Shown here piece after piece: positions 57,217 through 64,000 of a stretch of 64,000 nucleotides of DNA. Positions within the stretch are counted from its first letter, which is position 1. Each line of letters begins with the position of its first letter. The position numbers and the translations under genes were made by a program. The stretch is from Candidatus Woykebacteria bacterium. GTDB taxonomy: Bacteria > Patescibacteriota > Microgenomatia > Woykebacterales > RBG-16-39-9b. The DNA lies in the NCBI GenBank assembly GCA_040876345.1, contig JBBDPM010000006.1, positions 392,547-456,546 of the forward strand, read 5' to 3'. Under the pieces are notes generated by a model. The model was given only the letters and a program-made list of their open reading frames with translations, was not told the DNA's origin and did no database searches.

Positions 57217-59400
57217 TTAGATCACTAAGTTCTGTAGTAGAGCTCTCGCGTCCCTAACTGACTTTAAATTGAATCTGGCCTTTGAACTCCCTAAGCCGAC
57301 TTTAATTGAATAAGCACCGCCCGGAAGCTGGCCAAAAATATCCTCGTCAGTTACATCATCTCCTAAAGCCAGTACAAAATCCCACTTTTTACTACCTAAA
57401 AACCCTATCGTAGCTCTCCCCTTATTTATTTGGTCGCTTTTGATTTCGACCACTTTGCTCCCTTCCAAATATTGAAGGTTAAAATTAGGAGTAAGACCAT
57501 TTAAGGTTGCGGAAAGTTCCCGGCATCTTATCATTCCAAGACCAGGATCTACCTTTCGGTAATGCCAAGCAAGAGAAAAATCTTTCTCTTCTATGAATGA
57601 TCCTGGGGTTCGGTCAACATACCTTACCAAGATTGGGTAAATTTCTTTCTTCCAATCAGAAGAGATATTATCTACAAGGTCCCATTCTTTGTTTTTTTCT
57701 TTTATCCAGGCTCCGTGCTCCGCTACTAAGTTGAGGGGTAAATCACCAAACCATTCATCCAATGTTTCCTTATTTCTACCGCTTATAATAACTAGCTCGT
57801 TCTTCGTATCTTTAGACATAATACTCAACAAATTTAAAAGATCTTTATCTGGCTTCGCTTGCTCAGGCGTTGCCGCAAAAGTCACTAAAGTCCCGTCATA
57901 ATCTAGCAAAAGGAGTCTCTTTTTTGCTTTTGCATAATTTTGCGCCAAGTTGTCTCTTGAATCTTTATTTAAGATCTTTTTCTTGAGATTATCCTGAATA
58001 CACCTAATCTCTTCTAATCTTTCCAGAAAACTTTTAACCCACCATTTTTCAGTGTAGTGAGCTAATTCTTTTTGCATAAGCCTCACCCTAGATATCTTCT
58101 CTTCATCACTCATCGCAATACCTTTCTTCAAAGCTTCGACAATCTCATCCTTATTGTTAGGGTTTATTACTAATGCTTCTCCAAGTTCTTCGGCGGCACC
58201 GGCCATCTCACTTAAAATCAAAACTCCCCGGCCATCTCGCTTAGTAGCCACAAACTCCTTGGCAATTAGATTCATCCCATCCCTTATTGGGGTAACTAAG
58301 GCAACGTCCGCCACGCTGTAAAGAGCCGCAAGTTCCGTGAAGTCAAAAGTACGATACAGATACCAGATAGGGGTCCAGCCAACGTTTCCATATTTACCAT
58401 TAATTCTTCCAGTGAGCTCATCAACTTGTTTTTTTATAACTTGATACTCTTCAACCTTAGTGCGGGTCGGAGCAGCCAATAAAATAAAAACCACCTTATC
58501 GTGGGTGAGAGGATTTCTTTCCAAAAAATCACTATACGCCTCAAGCCTTTGGGGAATACCCTTTGTATAATCAAGCCTATCAACAGACAAAATCACTTTA
58601 CGATTTCCAATCTTTCTTTTTAATTTTGTAATTTCTGTCTGCACCTTGATATCTTTGTGAGCATTATTGAACTTTTCGTAATCAACACCCAAAGGGAAAG
58701 CATCTGCTTTTACAATGCGCTCTCCGGTGTTAATTTGGCCAAGAGAATGATCCAGTCCTAAAAGACGGTGAACACTGTTTAAAAAGTGACGCGCGTATTC
58801 ATAGGTATGAAATCCAATAACGTCTGCTCCAAGAAGTCCTTTTAAAATTTCTACCCGTTGGGGAAGAAGGCGAAAAAGTTCAAACGACGGAAAAGGTATA
58901 TGAAGAAAAAACCCAATTTTTGCATTTGGTAGTTTTTCTCGGAGAAGTGCGGGAAGAAGCATTAAGTGGTAATCATGAACCCAAATGGTATCTTTAGCTT
59001 CGGCATTTTCCAGTACCGCGTCCCGAAAGGATTCGTTAACCTTTTTGTAAGACTGCCAAAAACTCTTATTATAGGTGGCTGTTTTACTAAAATAGTGAAA
59101 AAGTGGCCAAATAGTACTATTGCAAAATCCGCCGTAATAATTCTCAATTTCTTTCTGGGATTGAAAAACAGGATAATAGTTGAAATTTGAAATTAGCTTT
59201 TTCTTTAATTCTCTCGCTTTTTTTTCCAGACTACTAATTATATAGGCTCCTGGCCAACCAACCCAAAGGTAGTTACCAGATTTCTGAAATGAATCCAAAC
59301 CTGAAGACAAACCACCAGCCGCGTGCGCAAATTTAAAACCTTCTTTTGTATTTTTAACTCTTATTGGTAGTCTATTTGAGACTAAAATTATTTTTGACAC
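57217..59400 (-). CDS. bifunctional trehalose-6-phosphate synthase / trehalose-phosphatase (OtsA-OtsB fusion)
   Basis: N-terminal SKIILVSNRLP (GT20) and C-terminal LLLDYDGTLV HAD motif; start set at GTG (59400) because the longer ORF N-terminus is read through tRNA-Ser. Confidence 0.8.
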   Translation of the reverse strand: MSKIILVSNRLPIRVKNTKEGFKFAHAAGGLSSGLDSFQKSGNYLWVGWPGAYIISSLEKKARELKKKLISNFNYYPVFQSQKEIENYYGGFCNSTIWPLFHYFSKTATYNKSFWQSYKKVNESFRDAVLENAEAKDTIWVHDYHLMLLPALLREKLPNAKIGFFLHIPFPSFELFRLLPQRVEILKGLLGADVIGFHTYEYARHFLNSVHRLLGLDHSLGQINTGERIVKADAFPLGVDYEKFNNAHKDIKVQTEITKLKRKIGNRKVILSVDRLDYTKGIPQRLEAYSDFLERNPLTHDKVVFILLAAPTRTKVEEYQVIKKQVDELTGRINGKYGNVGWTPIWYLYRTFDFTELAALYSVADVALVTPIRDGMNLIAKEFVATKRDGRGVLILSEMAGAAEELGEALVINPNNKDEIVEALKKGIAMSDEEKISRVRLMQKELAHYTEKWWVKSFLERLEEIRCIQDNLKKKILNKDSRDNLAQNYAKAKKRLLLLDYDGTLVTFAATPEQAKPDKDLLNLLSIMSKDTKNELVIISGRNKETLDEWFGDLPLNLVAEHGAWIKEKNKEWDLVDNISSDWKKEIYPILVRYVDRTPGSFIEEKDFSLAWHYRKVDPGLGMIRCRELSATLNGLTPNFNLQYLEGSKVVEIKSDQINKGRATIGFLGSKKWDFVLALGDDVTDEDIFGQLPGGAYSIKVGLGSSKARFNLKSVRDARALLQNLVI

Positions 59401-59462
59401 TAGAATTTGTTTAAGCAGGCTTAACTTATGGCTTTGACCACCTGAACCCAAGGGGGCGAAGG

Positions 59463-59552
59463 TGGCGGAGGGGGTGGGATTCGAACCCACGGTACCCTCG
59501 CGGGCACGCACGCTTTCCAAGCGTGTGCACTAGGCCACTATGCGACCCCTCC
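59463..59552 (-). tRNA. tRNA-Ser (anticodon GGA), long variable arm
   Basis: acceptor GGAGGGG/CCCCTCC, anticodon loop ttGGAaa, long variable arm, GTGGG-TTCGAAT-CCCAC T-arm, CCA encoded. Confidence 0.8.
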
Positions 59553-60318
59553 ACAAAGCGCGTCATATTATACCAGAAAGCGGAATAACTTGACTAAGCA
59601 AGCTAGCGGTGGTATAAGAATCCATGGGAGAAGGATGATCGACCGGACCGGAAGTTCCACTAGGAGGTTTACCATGACCCAGTATGACCAGCGCGGCAGC
59701 CCTGTCGGCCACCACGCTGCGGCGCAGACGGCGACAACGGCCCCCACAGCGGGCACAACGACGCCGACTATGCCGAAGACCACCCGTCGCCCCGGCCGGA
59801 GGTAGCTCGCAGTCCCGCCCGCGCGAAGGTAGAAGACACCAGCACTTCGAACTGCGTGACCATACCGTCACCAGCAGGTGAGGTCGGATACGCACCGTAC
59901 TGGCCTTAGGCACTAGAACGTGCGCTTCTTGCCTGCGTTTTACGAGCCCGTGGCCTAAGTCGACGAACCTATCACCTAGAACCAGGCCCGCCCGACGCAC
60001 AACTGTGCTGACGGCCCATATCCCCACACAAGGAAACTGCCGCACAAAGGCAAGGACCACGTGGGATCGTATGGTTAGCAAGTACTCAAGGATGGGCATA
60101 CGAATCCGGTCGACACTGACTCCCAAGGACCCACCAGGTGTACCTATCACAGGAGCACTCGGTGGGTCCTCTCTCATTTATTTGAACTTCACAAGACAAA
60201 AACCAATTAAAACTTTCTCAAAACCTCTCTTAGCAAGTAGCTTTTCTAATGGTAAGATAATTTTGATGGCGGAGTGAAACCATAACGTTAAGGAAGAGAT
60301 CAACGGAGGGAAGGATCC

Positions 60319-61020
60319 ATGAACCGTTACATCATAATGGTCGCCTTGTCCATTGCATTTTTCTTGGCGGTTACGAGGCCGAACAGTGGAGTTCCGCCGG
60401 CAATTCAGCCAACCACCCAGACGGTGCCTATCACACCAAATTCCGTGGTAATCACCAAATACATCGAGGTACCAGCTCCAACCCAGGCTCAGCCAAGTCC
60501 GACAGCGAGAGCGGAGCAATCAACGGCAACTTCAGTGCAAACCGTACCTAGGGCGGAGGCCGCGATTAGCCGAATCCGTATACCGGAGTACGAGGTGGAC
60601 GCACCGGTAATAACCATGGGGATAGACGATAACGGCGTGATGGAGGCTCCCGAGAAACCAACAGATGTGGCGTGGTACGATTTCACCAACAATCCAAGCT
60701 CTGGAAGGCAGTGCTGCAACGCTGTTTTCGCGGGACACGTGGACAGCAGCTACTCAGGGGATCCTGGACCAGCGGTCTTCTGGCCTCTGAAATACCTCGT
60801 TCGCGGCGATGTGGTTGAGGTGGAGATGGAAGACGGAACAGTTTACCACTACCAAGTGGTATCAAACGAGCTGGTGGATGCAGCCACTGCCGATGTCGGC
60901 GAGATCATCGGTCCAACCCAAAAAGAGACTGTCACCCTCATAACTTGTGGCGGACACTTTAACCAAGTGACTCACCACCACGAAGGGCGGGTGATCGTGA
61001 AAGCAGAAAAGGTTCCCTGA
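60319..61020 (+). CDS. sortase (transpeptidase), membrane-anchored
   Basis: N-terminal TM; catalytic TLITC Cys motif and upstream FAGHVD His; GC-rich. Confidence 0.75.
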   Translation: MNRYIIMVALSIAFFLAVTRPNSGVPPAIQPTTQTVPITPNSVVITKYIEVPAPTQAQPSPTARAEQSTATSVQTVPRAEAAISRIRIPEYEVDAPVITMGIDDNGVMEAPEKPTDVAWYDFTNNPSSGRQCCNAVFAGHVDSSYSGDPGPAVFWPLKYLVRGDVVEVEMEDGTVYHYQVVSNELVDAATADVGEIIGPTQKETVTLITCGGHFNQVTHHHEGRVIVKAEKVP

Positions 61021-61133
61021 GGTTGCACCAACCAAGCGACTCATGATATCTTCTCCTTGGATAATGGCCACTAAAGCCAGTTTGGCAAGGAAGGGAGGGA
61101 CAAACACACGGCCATTCCAATTCATCGGTAAGT

Positions 61134-61676
61134 TTGGAGACTGAGAGGTGCGAGATGCCTAAAAGGCACAAGCTCCTGGGGTTGGCTCTCTCCTATGCGT
61201 TCCCGCAGAGAGCTAGCTGGCCTCGGCATCTAACAGTCGTTGCAACGCTTGGGGTGGGGGCTTTTCTGTTCATCAGCCTCGGAATACCCCCAGCGACTGG
61301 GCCCCCGGCCCACGCAGCGACAACCAACAGTCTGGCTAGCCATGAGACGCCAGACCACGCCATAAGTAGCGCTGTCGGCAGGGAAGACAGGGTAGACCTA
61401 ACGGTCACCACCGCTCCAATAGTGCAGGGGGGTTGGGACGCCGCACCAGTAGAGTCCCTACCAGAAGCTACACACGAGGCTTCCGGGACCGGAACGCTGG
61501 TGATCATTAGCGCAGTTGCAGCCACCTTCGGCACCATTTTCGTCACTAGCTGCGTAGTCAGAGCAGTTCGAAACCGGGAGAGGCTTACTCCCTCCATGCT
61601 CCGCGCAGAACTAAGTCAACTGGTGGCGAAGCTGCGACAAGCGCTGGGAACAGGAAGAGTGACCCAAGACCGCTAG
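61134..61676 (+). CDS. putative sortase substrate surface protein (LPEAT sorting-signal-like C-terminus)
   Basis: signal-peptide-like N-terminus; C-terminal LPEAT + hydrophobic segment GTLVIISAVAATFGTIFV + basic tail RAVRNRER. Confidence 0.5.
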   Translation: METERCEMPKRHKLLGLALSYAFPQRASWPRHLTVVATLGVGAFLFISLGIPPATGPPAHAATTNSLASHETPDHAISSAVGREDRVDLTVTTAPIVQGGWDAAPVESLPEATHEASGTGTLVIISAVAATFGTIFVTSCVVRAVRNRERLTPSMLRAELSQLVAKLRQALGTGRVTQDR

Positions 61677-61789
61677 TAACCTTGGGCGGCTACAAACAGG
61701 CTTTATAAAAAGCCTGGTTCTTCGGAACAATATCGTTGGAGTCAAACTCCTGCTGGGGGTTGTACGCTTGCGTATTGCCCCCAGCGAAC

Positions 61790-62203
61790 TCACAACAAGT
61801 TTTTTGCTTCCTGGAAAACTTTTTTATCCGTTTTGAACGATAGTCTCTCTTCAACCTTACCAACTGGTAACCACTCTGCATTTTCCATTTCCCAATCGTG
61901 ATATTCAATATTTCCCGACACGTATGCCATTAAAAAATAAGTTACTTTCTTTTTAATTTTGTCTCCCTTGAGTTGATAAAAATATTCTGTGGGTGAGAGT
62001 TCTTTAATTATTTTGGCTTCCACCCCGCCTTCTTCTTTTACTTCGCGAAGGGCGGTAGCTTCTTTTGTCTCACCCGGGTCAATCAATCCTTTGGGGAAAA
62101 CCCAACCGTGATGTTGGGAATGTTGAACAACCAAAATATAAATTTGATCGTTTTCTCGTCTAACTACGATGCCGCCAGCAGATTCTTCAAATTTAAATGT
62201 CAT
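61790..62203 (-). CDS. NUDIX hydrolase
   Basis: Nudix box GETKEATALREVKEEGGVEA (Gx5Ex7REUxEExGU). Confidence 0.8.
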   Translation of the reverse strand: MTFKFEESAGGIVVRRENDQIYILVVQHSQHHGWVFPKGLIDPGETKEATALREVKEEGGVEAKIIKELSPTEYFYQLKGDKIKKKVTYFLMAYVSGNIEYHDWEMENAEWLPVGKVEERLSFKTDKKVFQEAKNLL

Positions 62204-62289
62204 AGTTTTGAATTTGAGCTCAAACTCTGTTAAAATATTTAATCACTTAGATGCAAGACAGTTATAACTGAATTATATCATTCCAACTT

Positions 62290-62365
62290 GCCCCCGTAGC
62301 TCAGTGGATAGAGCGCAACGTTGCGGACGTTGAGGTCGGAGGTTCGAATCCTCTCGGGGGCGCCA
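62290..62365 (+). tRNA. tRNA-Arg (anticodon GCG as read; unusual, verify)
   Basis: acceptor GCCCCCG/CGGGGGC, anticodon stem CAACG/CGTTG, loop ttGCGga, T54-T55-C56, CCA encoded. Confidence 0.7.
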
Positions 62366-62366
62366 C

Positions 62367-62458
62367 GGAGGGATGGCAGAGCCCGGTTTAATGCGCCGCT
62401 CTCGAAAAGCGGTTGGGTCGCAAGATCCTCGGAGGTTCGAATCCTCCTCCCTCCGCCA
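62367..62458 (+). tRNA. tRNA-Ser (anticodon CGA), long variable arm
   Basis: acceptor GGAGGGA/TCCCTCC, anticodon loop ctCGAaa, long variable arm, CCA encoded. Confidence 0.8.
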
Positions 62459-62486
62459 TGGTTCGACTACGCTCGCTATTCAAACT

Positions 62487-62562
62487 GCGCCTGTAGCTCA
62501 GTGGATAGAGCACAAGCCTCCGGAGCTTGAGGTCGAGAGTTCGAATCTCTCTAGGCGCGCCA
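62487..62562 (+). tRNA. tRNA-Arg (anticodon CCG)
   Basis: acceptor GCGCCTG/TAGGCGC (one G-U), anticodon loop ctCCGga, CCA encoded. Confidence 0.8.
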
Positions 62563-62567
62563 GGAAT

Positions 62568-63257
62568 TTAACTAGCGATTTTGTGGAAAATATTAGAAAG
62601 GGAGTCTCCAAAACTATCTATCCAAGTGGTTTTTGGCACTTCTCTAAATGGCAGGTGACGCAAAAGAATATTTTTTATCTTTTCTTTATCTTCTTTGTCG
62701 ACAATAATAATCAATCTACCCGGAAACCCAACCAGTATGTCCATATTTAACAGCGTGTGGCCGTGTTTTTCGGAAAACCAAAAATCGTAGATTTCCTCCC
62801 ACAAAAAATCTCTTTTGCCAGAAATTACCCCTTCAGTCGTAATCCTGTGCTCAATCTCATTAGCCGGCGCCGAGGATAAAATAAAAGCGAGGAAGGAGAC
62901 GGCAACCACTGGGGCAATTATGAAATACTCACCCACCAAAAGTAATACTAAAATAATTAGAATGGCTACCAAAACAATATAGGTTATCCATTTTTTACCC
63001 CTGGGTATAAAGACGTGTGAGGGGGAGGACCACTCCTGTAAAGTCGTTACTTCCATCTGTCTGTTTCCGTCTTGAGAATCTTCAAGATTTGAAATTTTTG
63101 ATTGTAGGCCTCTCAGCTGTTCCTTTAAATCTGCGACTGATTCTTTGCTAGCTGCGTCTTTCTCTTCAATCAGAGAGCTACTCGGAGATTTTTTCTCTAC
63201 TTGAGAAGCCGGCGTAGTGTTTTTTCTTACGAAAAATTTTTTTTGCGGGGCAGCCAT
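62568..63257 (-). CDS. hypothetical membrane protein (2 TM) with low-complexity N-terminus
   Basis: 229-aa ORF, central hydrophobic pair. Confidence 0.4.
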   Translation of the reverse strand: MAAPQKKFFVRKNTTPASQVEKKSPSSSLIEEKDAASKESVADLKEQLRGLQSKISNLEDSQDGNRQMEVTTLQEWSSPSHVFIPRGKKWITYIVLVAILIILVLLLVGEYFIIAPVVAVSFLAFILSSAPANEIEHRITTEGVISGKRDFLWEEIYDFWFSEKHGHTLLNMDILVGFPGRLIIIVDKEDKEKIKNILLRHLPFREVPKTTWIDSFGDSLSNIFHKIAS

Positions 63258-63436
63258 ACTTTTATATTACTACGATTCAAGAGGGTTTTCTACATAGAGG
63301 AGCTGTGTTGTTGAATCACAATTAGTATGGTACTTTTAATTAGTTCAGGAAGCTTTCACGAACAGAGGATGGAGATCATCAACAAGCACCTTAAAATCGG
63401 CCCATTTCCAGAAACGTAGTCAAGGAGGTAACCCCC

Positions 63437-64000
63437 ATGGTGTCAAGAACAATGGACCAAATAACCGCTAGCCGCGTACTACGCAATCCTGAACCTGCAG
63501 CGTCCTTACCACCCAACCTAAAAAGCGACTACGATGATCTGAAGGGACTAGTCGAGAGGGCGGGGCTGCTCGACAAGCAGCTTTCGTACTACATCGGCAA
63601 CATCACCATCAGGCTCGCTTTGCTCACCGGGAGCGTGGCGTTTCTCCTCTTCTTCGACAACTTCTGGCTCCAGCTTCTGAACGCTGCCTTCCTCGCTTTC
63701 GCGTTCGCCCAGATCGGCTTTCTCGGCCACGATGCCGGACACAAGCAGATCTTTGCGGGCAGTTCCTGGAACTACCTGTTCGGCCTGTTGCCGAACTTGT
63801 TGCTCGGCCTCAGCCGGGGTTGGTGGGTCGATACTCACAACGAGCATCACAGTAATCCAAACGACCTTGCCCGCGATCCGCACACCAGGCTGCCGATCTT
63901 CGCGTTCTCCGAGGATCAGGCGCTCAGCAAGCAAGGGCTACCGCGGCTCCTAATTCGCTACCAGGCACTCTACTTCTTCCCGATCCTGCTCCTTGAAGGG
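63437..64000 (+). CDS. fatty-acid desaturase, GC-rich paralog of 46446..47480 (3' partial, runs off window)
   Basis: open frame from ATG 63437 to window end; His boxes HDAGH and HNEHH; not in ORF track because no stop is reached. Confidence 0.7.
   Translation, partial: MVSRTMDQITASRVLRNPEPAASLPPNLKSDYDDLKGLVERAGLLDKQLSYYIGNITIRLALLTGSVAFLLFFDNFWLQLLNAAFLAFAFAQIGFLGHDAGHKQIFAGSSWNYLFGLLPNLLLGLSRGWWVDTHNEHHSNPNDLARDPHTRLPIFAFSEDQALSKQGLPRLLIRYQALYFFPILLLEG

Noticed and set aside
59401-59520. N-terminal 40 aa of the 767-aa ORF (57217..59520)
   Set aside because: It is a translation of the tRNA-Ser gene on the same strand. The OtsA domain begins at a GTG (59400), giving the typical MSKIILVSNRLP start.
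59563-60177. 204-aa minus-strand ORF in the GC-rich island
   Set aside because: It is Arg/Cys-rich low-complexity translation typical of spurious ORFs in GC-rich DNA, with no motif.
62290-62365. Reassigning the first tRNA-Arg to anticodon ACG
   Set aside because: Position 34 is clearly G (loop ttGCGga). Reported as read (GCG) with reduced confidence.
63548-63953. Minus and + strand ORFs 63548..63934 and 63732..63953
   Set aside because: They are overlapped by the in-frame desaturase reading frame (63437 to the window end), which has His-box motifs. These are shadow ORFs in GC-rich DNA.
1-64000. CRISPR arrays, rRNA genes, intact IS transposases
   Set aside because: No regularly spaced direct repeats with unique spacers, no rRNA-like conserved stretches and no transposase-like ORFs were seen.

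Overview
This 64-kb window is an AT-rich (~40-42% GC) bacterial chromosomal segment with several GC-rich patches. The gene content (short RpoD, GIY-YIG, FemAB, many toxin-antitoxin pairs) is compatible with a small-genome lineage, but the taxon cannot be established from the sequence alone.

The core backbone holds a minus-strand SUF Fe-S assembly operon (sufC-sufB ... sufD-Rieske-sufS-sufU-ferredoxin), ispH plus a ferredoxin, cell-wall genes (VanY-like M15, FemAB, M14 carboxypeptidase), Crp/Fnr, a PQQ-dependent sugar dehydrogenase, a GH15 hydrolase, transketolase-transaldolase, msrA, rpoD-dnaG, an otsA-otsB fusion, a NUDIX hydrolase and five tRNAs (Asn, Ser x2, Arg x2).

The accessory content is as follows:
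- Two toxin-antitoxin pairs (DUF433/DUF5615 and hicAB) and about 770 nt of ORF-free sequence are inserted between sufB and a 200-aa sufD.
- A periplasmic metal/redox cluster (28.2-33.8 kb) has CcdA, three secreted proteins whose predicted mature N-terminus is His, and an MsrQ-like heme domain fused to a His-motif periplasmic domain.
- A sodN-sodX nickel superoxide dismutase module sits beside a TRASH/YHS-like mini-protein and a P2-type ATPase.
- Downstream of tRNA-Asn (37.8-43.2 kb) ten small unrelated ORFs all lie on the + strand, separated by copies of a degenerate ~60-110-nt element that echoes the tRNA-Asn 3' end. I read this as an integron-like cassette array or a serial tRNA-integration scar, and rank it as the most unusual structure in the window.
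- A decayed mobile/toxin-antitoxin region (43.1-49.8 kb) carries a DinJ fragment, a Fic pseudogene, a replication-relaxation protein and RelE-type pairs, plus a desaturase next to an MsrQ-like protein.
- GC-rich islands carry a LuxR regulator with a secreted protein, a Zn-ribbon/sigma-70 region 4 mini-protein, and a sortase with an LPEAT substrate next to tRNA-Ser.

No rRNA, CRISPR array or intact IS element is seen.
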